Positions 28,326 to 41,573 of a stretch of 64,000 nucleotides of DNA are shown in pieces; positions within the stretch are counted from its first letter, which is position 1; each line of letters starts with the position of its first letter. The translations under genes were made by a program, and so were the position numbers. Under the pieces are notes generated by a model. It saw only the letters and a program-made list of their open reading frames with translations. It searched no databases and was not told where the DNA came from. The DNA comes from Camelus ferus (lineage: Eukaryota): NCBI RefSeq assembly GCF_009834535.1, contig NC_045696.1, forward strand, positions 8,620,001-8,684,000, in the 5' to 3' direction.

Positions 28326-28859
28326 TGAGTCACAGCCAGCAGTTTGGAAAGCACTGATCTGGGAGACCAGAGACAGAGAAATGGCCCAGCCTTCAGTGGC
28401 CACAAGGACGGCACAGGGCTTGATCATGGCCAGGGAGGCTGAGTAAGATCAGGGGAAGTTGAAGTCCAAGGACACAATATGCACAAATGGCTGAGTTAAA
28501 ACGCAGATGGAACACTGGGGGCCACCCACGGAACAGCTGGCAGATGCCTCCCCAGCGAGGATTTGACTGTGAGCAAATCTGGAATCAAGGGGAAGACGAG
28601 GGAGCTCATAGCTCAAGCCTCCCCATCACGTGGCCCAGTAAGAGCTGAGTGCAGAAGCTACAGAATGTTCTAGCAGGGCTGGGAGCCAGAGCATGTCAGG
28701 AAATGTTCCTAGTACAATGACTTCGGTGTCTCACCAGAAGGGCCCTGAATCTCCAATCCCTAATAATGTGTTACGATTTTTCTTCCCATTCACTCCCAGT
28801 TTGTATAAGCTTCAGGCCCTACAAAGCCTGGATTCACCCCACTCTCTTCCATCACCTTC

Positions 28860-29035
28860 CATCTGGGCAACCTTTGGTCAGTTTAGCAGCGTGGCCTGTT
28901 TCCTCATCAGTGCAATGAGGCTAATAACAATATCTACTTCATAGGTCTTTAGGGGACACGATTAAATGAGTTAATAGGTGAAAAAACCATTTACGGCAGG
29001 GCCAGGTGCATGGTGATGCTAAGTTAAGAGCTTTT
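28860..29035 (+). mobile_element. MIR SINE
   Basis: GTTTCCTCATCAGTGCAATGAGGCTAATAACAATATCTACTTCATAGG...GATTAAATGAGTTAATA is the MIR core. Confidence 0.8.
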
Positions 29036-31339
29036 TGAATAGAAATAAACAAAAGAAACATGGCAGTTTTAGGGGGTTTAGGTTTTAGGATTGTCCAGCC
29101 TAGGGTTCCAGCTGTGACTACTGTGCCTCGAGTCTCAGTTTTCTCATTGGGAAAATGGGGATGTTAAGATTTTCAAGCTTTTCAAATTCCAGGCACCTGG
29201 TGAGTTCTATTATTTGACTCACTCTCAGGCTACTTCTTGTAGCTTTGGACTTAGCTACTCTCCATCTGCCCAGCGTGGAAAACTTGGGCACAAATAAATA
29301 TGCCACAAAAATTATCAATTCTACATTTCAAAGCAAAATCTAAATTTGATTAAAAAAAATTATCCATATCTGTGTCAACATTATTAACATGAATTATGGA
29401 GGATTGGCTATATTTTGTTCTTCTTTCTTACCAATTATTAACTTGATTTGGAGTTAATTTTTTTAAATATTTAGCTTAATTGTTAATAGAATACTTATAT
29501 GTGTCTATATGTGGATATATACAATGTACAAATATATGACTATTTCATTTATAATCAAGCCAAAGGTATGCACACATAATATTAGTCTTTCTCTGGCACA
29601 CAAATGTGTATGTTTTGTGGACTTCTGACTAATTTGAACATCTCAAAATGTTGGGACTGGCTTGGGTGTCGTATTTTATTTTCTATGAAAATGACATCCA
29701 ATTTTAAAATAATTTCCAAAGTTGACAGAGAATTCTTCTAATGATCACCTGTTTAAGATTCTGCTTCCATGTTCCAATGCCATCTTTACAGCATTCCATT
29801 TCCCGAGACTCTCCCCCTGTGCCGAGGGTGCCCACGTGGGTGTGAGTGGTAATTTCAGTGGACATAATCGTCAGGCAGCGGTGAGGGCTGCTTGAATGTC
29901 AAACACATCCTACATGTCATTCTTCAGCACTGCCTCCACTTCTGCCCTTCAAACCTCTAATGGTTCTTTAATATATCAGGTCAGGATGCCAATAAATAGG
30001 CTTGATGGTTGTTTAAATCTGATTTTAAAGGTGAAGAGCGTGAAGGATTCGACAGCCAAGTTTTCAGTTTCATTATTGATGACAAATTTGTTTAGTTACA
30101 AAGTCGAGAATCTCTTTACAGAGCCCAAAACAGTTAACGTGATTCAAAAACAACAGCCTAGTCCAGGTAGAAAAAATATAGGGATGGAATAGCAAAGTTC
30201 TTACCTGAAATTTTTAAGGGCAGCATTTTACACAATAGGACATTCGTCTATGAATCAGCACACAAGACTTTGTTTAACTGGCACATTAAATGGGCTGATC
30301 TGAAACATCGCCTCCTTAAACAGTGTTGTTGTATCGACGATCACTTTTTATAGTTCGCACCAGCCAGAGGGAGGCTATGGTTGAAAGGCAGGCATAGTCA
30401 TGGCATCAAAGATGTAGAAACTGAGAATTTCTGGAAATGATTTATGTCCACTTCTTACATGCTAAGCCAAGATGACCCCAATAACGCCTGTGTGCACTGC
30501 TTTACAGAGTCAGCAATCTGTCTGCCTTGTTTGATTCTCCAACAATAAACGCTGGAAGCATCTTTACTGTTCCTCTTGCACGTCATACATCAGAGGTTCT
30601 CAAAAACACCAGTGTCGGTGCTGAAGCCCACATCCAAGTCTTAAGACTCCAAATCTGGTGCTCTTAGCTCTAAGCAGGTGTCGTGGGATGCCAAGGAAGT
30701 GATTTTGGCATCTATGTCTCTTATCATCTCTCCTTGGGGAATCATAGACCTTCGCCATCTTTCAGGGCTTTGAGAACCTGAAAAACAAATGCAGGGCAAT
30801 TGCCAAGTGATGAATGTCTTCCTTACCTGCAACGCACTGTGTTACGGTCTCGGTGTAATAAAGCGCTCGTGGGCTATCCCGTATACGTCAGTTGAGAACA
30901 GGTGACAGTTATAAACAGACGTTTATCCATTTGGACCTGTGCCAGGAGCTCTCTAGAGGTGCGCTTGCTGAGATGCTCTGCATCCCCAGGGCTTTGCCAG
31001 CCAGGGTCCAGGTTGCCTGTGGAGCCAACCAGAGGTGTTCATGGAGACAGAGGCATGGTGCGACCCCCAAATGGTGCCAGCGGGGAAAGGGAGATTGAAG
31101 AACGCAGCATTCAGAGACTTGAAAAAGTTCAAGGACATTTTAAAACGCATTTAAAGTCTTAGTGGGTGGGACGTCTGGCTGCGTGAATGACTTATTTTAC
31201 TCTGTATGCATTTGTGTGTATCAATGTTAATTACTGAACATGATTTGAGATCTGTAAATGAGAACTGGAAAATCCAGACTTGTTTGCATGTCGGCTGTTA
31301 CATAACCTTGGTGACATATAAATGGAAAGGCAGGAGGGA

Positions 31340-31510
31340 AGCTAACATTTTTGGGGCACCTACTCTGTGATGGGCGCTCTGTACACATTGTCTCATTTAA
31401 TCCTCATGACAAGTCAATGGGATGGTTACTTTTATAGATGTTTCACAGATGGGGACGCTGAGTTCACAGAGGCTGAGGAGCGTGCCAGCTGTCTCGTGGC
31501 TGAGCTGTCT
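31340..31510 (-). mobile_element. MIR SINE
   Basis: GCTAACATTT..GCACCTACT...TCTCATTTAATCCTCATGACAA...TTTCACAGATGGGGACGCTGAG. Confidence 0.8.
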
Positions 31511-32849
31511 TAAACGAAAGCCCATGCATGGTAGTTACTGCATTTTCCCTTCCCCATGGTGGGTTTAGATGCTGCCTGTCCCTGAGAGAAGATGCATTTT
31601 CTGACGGGCTCATCCGTAATCAACAGTTTCAGAAAACTGGCAATTCAGGGAAAGTTTGCATATAAATTTAGACATGAGCTTATCTTAAAATTGTCAGACT
31701 CACAAAGCCATGATTTCTGTGGGCATCAGTTCAAATTATTTTTCAGACAGCGGTTTCATACCCATGAATAGTTCCACAAATTCTCCCCAATGCAAAATAA
31801 GAAGTGACTGATTGTATCTCAGAGTAAATTGTTTTCAACTCATCTGTATTTTTTTAAAATAGCATCTTATGAGAAAGCATTGTTATTTAGTATAAACTAT
31901 TCAAGTCAGTTCATTTTGCATTTGGTGATGCTTTAGTTTCCTGATAAAGAATCAATGGTTTTCACACTGGGATTCTCTTTTGAAGTAGTCACCATCAATT
32001 TTTCCTACTTTCAAACTTTGTTAATGGGAAGTGTTGATCAGGTTGTAGGAAGTTGAAGAGACATCAGAGAGAGAGGGAGCCGTGGCAAAGTAAAGTGGGT
32101 ATGTATTACTGATTTTTTCACTTCCAGAAAATTCTTGACCAAAAAAAAAAAAGCCCTGGTTAATAAGTGCTTTAAAAAAAAACACTTCAAGGTTGGATTA
32201 TAAATAAGGAGATCAGGAAATAAGAGCCTTAAAGAGGTGCATGTATAGTACAGAGCCCACACTCTGTCGTTTGCACTTGTAATAGCCTCAAAATTTGTCT
32301 TCTATCTCTTCCCCCAAATTATTGAAGTATACGAGTCTTTCCAACTTAAGATGTCATAACTATAAGATAGAATCAGTAGTCAGTTTATTCTAACTTAACC
32401 GATATTAAGACTAAAGTACTCATTATAACAACTTAGAAACCAAGGATTCTTCTGCTATAGCCTTTGTTCCTTGAAATTAGGATTTAAAAATGGCCAAGTG
32501 TCTGTAATTTGCATTTCAGGAATTTCTTAATTTTGTTAATTATAAAAGTGATGAAAAGTCTACCTTCTACAAATTCAGAGTAACAGTCACAGGGAAGTGC
32601 AGCGCCGCTGAACGCATTCCGGGAATGATGTTGATGGAACAGCTCAAAGCTTCTCAAGCTTCCTGTTCTTACTTCCTTTGGGTTTATCTTTTATCAGATC
32701 CTCATTGTTGGTATTAACCAGGTGAAAAATCATCGATGCCAGCGCCTTTTCCATGCCACATCAAGATCTTCAGTGGGAAAACCTATGTCCATAAAGAGCC
32801 ACTCACTTGTTCTATGTATATTCTTACTTCATTTACCTGAAGCAACAAG

Positions 32850-33300
32850 TAAAAAATGACTTCATGGTGTGATTCCAATTATATGACATTCTGGAGAAGG
32901 CAAAACTATGGAGACAATAAAAATAAAAGTGGTTGCAAGAGGGGGGAGGAGAGATGAAGAAGCAAAATAGGGAGGACTTTCAGCACAGTGACATTACTCT
33001 GGGTGACAGTATAATGATACATATATGTTAGATATCATTCATTCAAATCCACAGAATGTTCAACACTGAGAGTGAGCCCTAAGGTAAGCTATGAACTTTA
33101 AATGATTATATCCATATAGGTTCATCCTTGGTTAAAAATGTACCATGTTAGTGATGATATTGAGAATGAGAGAGGCTCTGCATGTGGGGGTTCCTGCTCC
33201 CTCCCCCCACATTTTTCCAAATGAGTACATGGGAAATCTCTGTACCTGCCTCTCAATTTGTTGTAAACCTAAAACTACTCTAAAAACGGTCTTTAAAAAA
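32850..33300 (+). mobile_element. L1MC-type 3' end
   Basis: GATTCCAATTATATGACATTCTGGAGAAGGCAAAACTATGGAGACA...ATGGGAAATCTCTGTACC...GTAAACCTAAAACTACTCTAAAA. Confidence 0.85.
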
Positions 33301-34214
33301 AGTCAGTGAAATAGATGTTTATTATCTGCTTTACCCAAACCAAGGGCTGCTATATAAAAATGGATTACTTCTTTCTGGTTGTCATCGCATTCATTGCAAT
33401 GCTCCTAGGGTCAGTAGAAGTGTTAACATAGTTAATATGCACAAACAGCATGTACCATCCAAGGATTTGCTGCTATTATAGCTTTTTTGATTGACAGAGG
33501 CCCCTTACCATGAAGTGTCCCCCTTGAATATTAGGAATGCATTCATTATAAATCAGTCCATATGCATCAAACATCCTCTTTGCTTCCAAAAGAAGTCCCT
33601 GACAATACTAAACTCATCTGTCCCTTTCACAGAACAAAATATGTACCCACAAACACCAGAAACTGCCAGCAGCCATACTCCGGGGGCCAAGATGAGCATC
33701 TGTTTTAACACACCTATCTGAAATCTCTCTCCACCCACGGCCCACCTGGCTAATCTTAGAAGTTCCAGAATGGATCATGTCACTTAACAGCTTAACCCTG
33801 CTGAACCTTATTTCTCTGTAACTGGTCCAAATCATCTTTAGCCTTTTTCAATGCAGAGGTTTCATACATATTTTTAAACTGCTATGTGATACAACTCTTT
33901 CATAACACGCAATAAAAATGTTACATGACATGGTACTTGTAACCAGGGCTTTTCAAATGATGTTGACACAAATGTCCTGGAGTCTCTCTTGTAGGATAAT
34001 GCAGTGCTCCCTTCTGGACTTCAGCTTGCCAAGGGCAACCCCGACTCACGGCTGTGGTGTGATCGCCATGCTCAGACAGGGGCAAAGGAGGGAACTGGAT
34101 GTTGGAGATACGATGTTTTATGGAAGTCATGGTGGGCAGTGGCTTCCGCTCCTCTGGATCAAGCAAACCAACTCAACGGTGACAAGAGCATCAGGTGCAG
34201 GATGGGAGAGTGAC

Positions 34215-34405
34215 TGAGAGCATGGGTTTTGATTTCTCACTAGCTGCACGGAAGCATCCATCTTGCTCTATCCCCCTCTACTTCCGTTCCCCCAACTGCA
34301 GCATGGAGATAACTTTCTCAGAGTTCTTGTGAAGATTGCATGTGTTCATGCATGTAAAATAGCTCATAGGACTGTGCTAGATGTAGTAAATTTTGCATAA
34401 ATGTC
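34215..34405 (+). mobile_element. MIR SINE (decayed)
   Basis: CTCACTAGCTG...ATGGAGATAA...TCAGAGTTCTTGTGAAGATT...ATGCATGTAAAA...TAAATGT. Confidence 0.6.
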
Positions 34406-35069
34406 TTTTATGTATTTATAACATATAAACAGACATAAAATATCACCCAATATAAAATACAATCATTTCAGTATTTCATTGGTTTTACATGGACCTTACA
34501 CCCCAACTTCCCAGATGCTGCCTGGGATGGTGGGGACTCTTGCTGTGGGAATACACTGTTACAGCACATTTACAGCTGGTGACTAAATGAATTTTAAGAA
34601 TACATCTAAATACTAACTATATTATTTTTATTGTTATTGTTTTATGTAAAAGAACTAATGATTCTAGCTAATTTTTAACCGACAAATATGACTTTAGTTT
34701 TCAAATAATTATAGTACCTTTCAAAACCACTCCCATGGCTCCACACAGCTTTGAAATCTGTTTTACTTGCCTGTGGACTCAGGGCTCCATGTTTTGCAAT
34801 TCATGGATTTTTGGTGCCAAGACTGACAGATAAGTTGAATGAACCAATGAATCACTGTTGTCCTGAGTTAAAAGCAAGGGTTAACTTTAAAAAAAATAGA
34901 GCTGATTACATTACATTACAAAATTGTCTCTAAAGTGACTTTAACAGAGGAATTTTAAAAACTATTTTGAGCAATGGCTACCATTTTAGAATACCTGTTT
35001 CTATGATCACTTTGAAGGGAGAACAATTATTAGCATCCTTGAGTTCTACATTTTATATATTTTAACAGT

Positions 35070-35242
35070 CTTGCTACTCAAAGGATGTCCCAGTGGACCA
35101 GCTCTGTCCTTACACATCTGCAAGCCCTGGGAGCTTGATAGAAATGCAGCCTCAGGTTCTGCTCCAGACCTGCTGCATTAGAATTTGCATTTTGACAAGA
35201 TCCCTGGTGATTTGCATGCCTGTTAAGGTTTGAAAGGCACTC
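35070..35242 (+). mobile_element. MER5A1-like hAT-Charlie MITE
   Basis: TGCTACTCAAAG...GGACCAGC...CCTGGGAGCTTGATAGAAATGCAG...TGCATTTTGACAAGATCCCTGGTGATT...AGGTTTGAAAGGCACT. Confidence 0.85.
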
Positions 35243-37244
35243 CTGTACAACAGTCTCACTTCCTTAGTGTCGCCCCACATTAAGCCCCTATTCTTATCTG
35301 TAAAGGTTTGAGGTCATTACACTCATTCCTATGTGACTTGAATCTTAACTGTACCTGCTAACAACCATGTGACTCTTGGGCACGCTTCTCATCAACCCAG
35401 GTGGCTGGAATTTTAACCAGCACCTCTGGTACTTATCTCGTATAACTTGCAACACCAAATAGAGCTGACCACAGAGGGTACCACTTAACCACTATGAGAA
35501 GATACTATCGGAATGTCCTAGTCAAGGCAAATAGTTGGTACTGATAGCAGCCTTTGGGGTTTGGTGATGGCTGCGTGAGGTCATAAATGTCCTGCTGGCT
35601 TGTGCCAAACCTCAAATGAAAACCTACTGCTCAGTGTTACCACGCCTGTGGATACTTTTCAGTTTAAATCTATCCTATGCAATGATTCTCCCAAAAATGG
35701 CCTCAGCTCATCTACCCCCAAATCATTTCAGTGCAAGTATTCCTCCATGGAAGGAGGGTGGAGAATGTCACTGTTGGTATCAACCAATCGAGGTGTTAAC
35801 CGTTCTTTGCTCAGTGGCACTGCCACAAAGTATTTGGAGATCTGCCTCATGCCCACAGACTACTTAATGGGGAAAAAAGTCACTTGCTGCCAACCCGCTG
35901 TCTGATTCTGAGTTTTTCTGGCTGTGCTTCTCTGCATAGTGATCTGGGTCTAAATGCGGACCCCCTTTCCATTTCCCTCCTCTGTGGGTTTTTTTTTTTT
36001 TTGCCCCTCCCAACCAAGGCACCCATGAGGTTAGACCTTCCAGCTCTGAAGCCGCTGTGTCCCTTTGGATGGAATGATCCACACCAGTCCTGCTGCCCTC
36101 TGTGGGTGTTTCTGTTCGGTTCTTAGAAGATGTCTGAGCCCGGCCTCTGAGAATGGGAATGGCCCTTTGCCACCCTGGGAGTGAATTTTTGCCTGTCTTG
36201 CTGACATTTTAAGTAGACCACTGGGTGTGGGCTGCTGTTTTCATTTCCCAACATGCTTGGTGCAATTACACTAAAATATTACAAAGCCTGTTTGTGGAAA
36301 GGGTGAGGGTTTTGGCTCCAGAGCCTAACCCTCTCGAGAGGACAGTGCGAGACAGAGCGGTGAACAAAAGCGCTGGCCTGGCGGAGGGATTCGGGGTAGG
36401 TCCTTGGAGATCTGGTCAATTCCTGTCAGTGCCTGGAGAGCTCCACGGGGTTTCCAGGACTCGGTCCTCCTCCTGAGGAGATCCAGGCCACGTGGACAGA
36501 GTTTCCCAGAAAGAGATGGCAGGAGAAACCAGGAGGGGTCGACTTCTACTTCACAGAGATGCTTTGGTAGAATTCTCTTTCATATTGACTCTCTCATTCT
36601 GCCACCATGACGGGAAGTTGCAGCTGAATTTGACCATGGCTTATTTTTAATCTTCTTTTTTTTCCTCCCTCCACATCTAAGTCTACGACTGAAAGGAAAA
36701 CGTGACTAGGAGCTGTTCTTGCAGGCAGAGCTGACGGAGATGAGCCCTAGCTTACGTCCCTCAGAGCTTTCAGTGCCTGGCCTGAGGACTGGGATCCTTG
36801 AATATGGCAATAACTGACTTTCATAATAGCTGAGTCCATTGCAGTGGCATCTTTGGAGCAAGGAAGGGAGCATCAAAGATACAGTGTGAAAGCAATGACA
36901 TGTATTCAGTATTAAAAAAAACACATTTCTGGGAAGAGTGTCAAAGAGCTGTATCTGATGCCCTTTAAATTGCTTCCACCCCAGGATATGGTGCCTCTAG
37001 GATACCTGGTTTTGAGGCCAGCCTGATTTTACTGTGGTGGGGAGAGAGGACTTGAGTCTCGTGGTGAAGTTTCACCCAGGGTGCAGTGCTGACCGAGGAA
37101 GTGAATTCTGGAGGAGGGCTGGAGTTACTACCATCACGGGGAGATGGGGGCCTCCAGGTAGTGAGAAACTATCTGCGGATGTGGATAGAGAGATAAATGG
37201 GAAAAAAAAAAGATTCAGTTCCAAATTCAAAGGGCAACTGTCTG

Positions 37245-38750
37245 AAATGCAAATTTAAACTACACTGAGATAGCATTTCTCAACCATGGGATCAGTAAAC
37301 ATCACAAAGTTTCACAACATCCTCGGCTGGTGAGGCCGTCGGGGAAAGGGCCACTTTCTACACCGCTGTGGGAAGACAACACAACCCAACACTTACAGAG
37401 GGAACTTTGACAATATCTAGAAAAAGGACTTCTGGATTTACACTTGGAGCCAGCAATACCATATCAGGAAGACAATCTCAAAGATCCTGGCAAGATCAGA
37501 AAAAATCTTCACTCTAGATTCTTTATTGAAGCGTGGTTTCTACTTGCAAATCTGGAACCAACCCAGATGTCCGCCAGTGGGCTGATTGGTTGAATAAATC
37601 ATAGTATATCCACACGGTGAAGCAGTTATTAAAAAAAATGAGAAAGGCATACCATCTCTGGACGTAGTGTTAAGATGAAGGAGAATGCAGTTAGTATTTT
37701 GTATAAGAGAGAGAAGTACCAATTGAGGTTCACATGTGCTTATATATATTTTTAAAGAACCAATAGAGTGATACAGGGGGAAAAGTAAGGATGAAGATGG
37801 ACACTAGAACTTTCTGAATAAGTCTTGCTATATGGATCTGACTTTGGATCCAAGTAATGTTTTATACAAGTAAATATTGCACAGTAAAATAAAACAGAAT
37901 TAAAACAATTTAGACATAGATGATCTCAACTCCATGTCAACTGAATGAAAAAAATCACAGAGAAAAAATTTATTTTATATGACAGCGTAGAAATTTAACC
38001 ATACACACGTTACATGTAGGATATACCCTAAAAAGGGAGTGTTAAAAAAAGTTAACTGCATTCTGCCATTTTATTTTTAATAATAATATTAGTATTGTAT
38101 TGCAATTTTAAAACAATTGTATATATACACATGTAGATCCATTTTAGGGATAAGGAAATAATGTTGATAATGACATTAGGAGACTAGATTTTTCGAGACA
38201 GAGATGCAAAATAAAATCCAGAAATCAAGTAGAAGTTCTGTACCTTTCCATTTGAATTCCAATATCACATACCCGTGCTCTGTTTGTCTCTTTTTAGACA
38301 GTACACATTTCCTAGTCCCTGAAAACTGGAAGCATCCCAATGTCTACCAAGGTCTATCAACAGATAGTCATTGTTTAAATGGATACCCAGTCCCTACATA
38401 GAAATGCTAGTCTATGTAATCACATAGATGAATTTCAAAAACATGCTGAGTGAAGGAAGTCAGGTATGGAAGACTATATTATGTCTGAATCATTCATATG
38501 ATGTTCTAGAAGGTTCTAGAAGAGGCAAAACTCTAATAGAAGGTGGATGAGTGGTTGCCAGGGTGGGGGATGGGAAGGGTTGAATGTAAAGAAACACAAG
38601 GGAAGTTTCCAGGACTGCGGAACTGTTCTATGTTTTGATAACGTTATGGATTTTGTGAGGATAGACATTTGTCAAAACTCATCAAACTTTGCATTTATAA
38701 TATATGTAACGATATATAAATTACACCTCAATACATGTGACTTAAATAAA
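37245..38750 (+). mobile_element. Cluster of old L1M (L1MC/L1ME) ORF2-end and 3' UTR fragments
   Basis: AAATGCAAATTTAAACTACACTGAGATAGCATT (QIKTT region), CTGGAACCAACCCAGATGTCC, AACATGCTGAGTGAAGGAAGTCAG...GTGGTTGCCAGGG...AAATTACACCTCAATA. Confidence 0.75.
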
Positions 38751-39199
38751 GAGAGGACAGGAAAACCAGAGGGACAGGGTGTCGGGTTGGGAGCTGGGTG
38801 CGCCAGTCCTGGGCTCTGGCTGCACATCCAAGAAGGGAATTTGTCCAGTACCCAAGTGGGCAAGTGAGCAGGAAGCGGGGCCAAGAGTAACACGCACACC
38901 CTGTCTGCCATCAAAGGTCAGGTCTGGACAGTTCTCCAATTGCTTAGGAGTGAGCCATCAGGAAAAAAAGCCACACAAAGCAACAAAAAATCCCACTAAA
39001 AATATGTGTAAATAAGGGAAGTGGAACGTCATGTTACAAACATAGCCCTGGGAAAGGTTTCCTGCTGGAATTAAAAGAAAATGTGAGAAGAGCATCCTTT
39101 TATGGCGCAGGTGATGGGGAGACTGGCCTCCCCAAGCAGGATCGGGGCACCTCTGTGGGGAGGATGGGCTGCCCTGCCATTGGCAGGAGGAGAGGCACC

Positions 39200-39775
39200 T
39201 CAGAGCTGGTCCGGGTAGGATTGTAAAGAGCTCTGATGATGGCTTGAGGAGCGTGGAATTTTTCTTGCAGCGCTGGATGGATGGGTTGACTGACTTTAGC
39301 TCAAGAGAGTGATGTGATCAGGCTGATTTAGCTTTGTTTGTGTTTAACTGAGGAAGGTTTTTCTGGCTGAAGTGGGGAGGATGAGTTTTGTTAAGGGAAA
39401 GATGGAGGCAGGCAGGGCTGTCGGGAGTCATCTGGGTGAAAGATAATTTTGTTCTAAACTGAAACTGGTGAAAATGGAAAAGATGGGATGGACTTGAGGG
39501 TAGTTCCTGAAGTGGTATTGAAAGCAAGTGTTGGTCAACACGTCCAGGCGTGGGGAGAGACGGGGGATGTGAGGAGGTAGGGGGAACCAGAGAAGGGCGG
39601 GTGGGGTGAAGAAATGTTAGGGATTAAGGTTTCTGGCATCGGAACTCTGGGGAGACGGTGATTCAATCAACAGAGATCGGAAATAAAGAGGACATGTCAG
39701 CTTGAAAGGAAAAATAATGCGACCTAGTATAGAAACCTGAATTTGATGTGCCTGTGGGAAAGCCAGGAGTTTGAA
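39200..39775 (-). mobile_element. L2 LINE fragment
   Basis: Purine-rich + strand with L2 signatures (GAGTGATGTGATCAG, AAGGTTTCTGGC, TGAATTTGATGTGCCTGTGGGA). Confidence 0.6.
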
Positions 39776-40409
39776 ACGAGTTGTATTATGTCAGGCTTTT
39801 ACTAGACATTCTTAGACTCATGTAAATCCAAGTCTGTATTATAATGAGCTGTTTCACAGCCGACTTCTGTGGGCTTGCCACAGTTCCTTTTACTTTGCGG
39901 CCTTCCAAGGATCATCTTGGGGTAGCGCCCCTCCAGAAAGGGACTTAGCTGTTACATTTCTTAACTCTGCAGGTTTAGAATCTCAAATTCAACTTCATAA
40001 TGTAATCACTCTTGAAAACTATTGAGTGCTTCCTTATGTGCTAAGTACACTGTGCTAAGTACTATGCAGAGAAGGGGGGAAAAAAAACTACGCCTCTGTG
40101 CAGAAATTAGTAATAGGTAGCCTGCCCGGAGTGCCTTGCCCGGAGAAAGCAACACAGGACACGTGTCAGGTGTCGAGACTGCTAGGCAACATAGGAGCTG
40201 AGTTTATACTTTGCCCTGATTCATGAAAGTGGCATATGAAAGATGCCTCCGGACTGACAGTTACCCGTGTCCGAGAGCAGATTCTGCAAAGAGGCCTTAG
40301 AACAAAGAGAACAGCCCTGCGAGCCCAGGTTGTTTGCTGAGGAGTTCATCACCTAGACCCCTAACTGTGAGTGCCCCCTCACCCCACCCCGCCGCCTGTC
40401 TGCTGAATT

Positions 40410-40466
40410 TGTTCCATTGCTTTGCAAATGTTCCATTGCTTTGCAAATGTTCCATTGCTTTGCAAA
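40410..40466. repeat. Perfect tandem repeat, 3 x 19 bp (TGTTCCATTGCTTTGCAAA)
   Basis: Identical units at 40410-40428, 40429-40447 and 40448-40466, with no spacers. Confidence 0.97.
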
Positions 40467-41075
40467 CAGTTTGCGCTCAGCCCCGTGGAAGCTTGGCAGA
40501 TATGGTAATTAAGTGACTATTGAGGGAATACCCTCCAGGCTTTGTGATACAGGACTCCTCTCTTAATTGGGAGGTGCTTATTCGGGAAATCCACTCCTTC
40601 AGGATGTGATCAGAGAACCGATTTAGCCCTAATGATATTTAATGGCAGTGGCGGGAATTTAATGGGGATGATAATTTCATGTAATTGGGGGGCCTTCAGA
40701 CGAGTTAATGCTCCTGAGTGGCACTGCACTGGGGCCTGTGTCTGAGTCAAACATGAGCTTCCTGGGTGTATTGCACCCCACCGCCCGCCCCCCAACCCTG
40801 CAGCTCTGATGACGAGAGATTCTGGAAAGCGCGTGGGGCTTCAGTCGCCCTGCATTCCCCATCGCCGTGTGGCTCTCCTTCTAAGAGGTGCCGCAACATC
40901 GGTGCAGTTTGAGACCCCACTCTGGTTTAGTCTCAGGCAAAGGTTTAGTCTGCATTTCTCTTTTTCTTTTATGATTAAAAACCATAAACCAGTTTAAGTG
41001 AGTAATTCTTTACATGGGCCTATCACAGAGTTCGGTAGCGTAGTAAGTGTAGAATGAGCAGCTTTCAATTGGAGC

Positions 41076-41573
41076 TGAAATTGAGCAGGACCTCGTGCCC
41101 TCCCAGGTACAAAAGCCTTTCTGTGTCCCCTGGCTCTTGTTTGTAGGCCTTCCCTGAGTTCCAAAGTAACAGATTCAAACGGTTATTAACTAGGGAAGTG
41201 AAGGAAGACAGAAACAGAGGGAAAGCAGTCAAGAAACAACAGAGCAGCAGTAAAGCAGAGTCCGAATTCCTCCCCCAGTGGCTATACACAACAATCTGAT
41301 ACACACCTCTGAGTTCTTCTGCGGGAATAAGGCCCCCCACCCAGGTGGGAACGGGAACTTCAGCGGAGCACTCACCACCAGCCAACCAGAAGCAAGTCAT
41401 GCCTCCTGCGACTCTCCCCCTAAAATTTGCCTTTAAAACCTCTTCCCTGAAAACGGTGGGGGAGTTTGGGTCTTTTGAGCACAAGCTGCCCGTACTCCTT
41501 GCTCGGCCCTTGCAATAAACTCTGACAGTTGGGTTCGTTTGGCGTTGGGCACATGAACTTGGGTTCAGCAACA
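41076..41573 (+). mobile_element. ERV1-class solo LTR
   Basis: TG...CA termini (TGAAATTGAGCAGGACC ... TTCAGCAACA), TATA-like TTTAAAA near 41433, AATAAA at 41514-41519. No intact TSD and no internal sequence. Confidence 0.8.

Noticed and set aside
40410..40466. CRISPR-like direct repeats
   Set aside because: The units abut with no spacers, there are no cas genes, and the DNA is mammalian.
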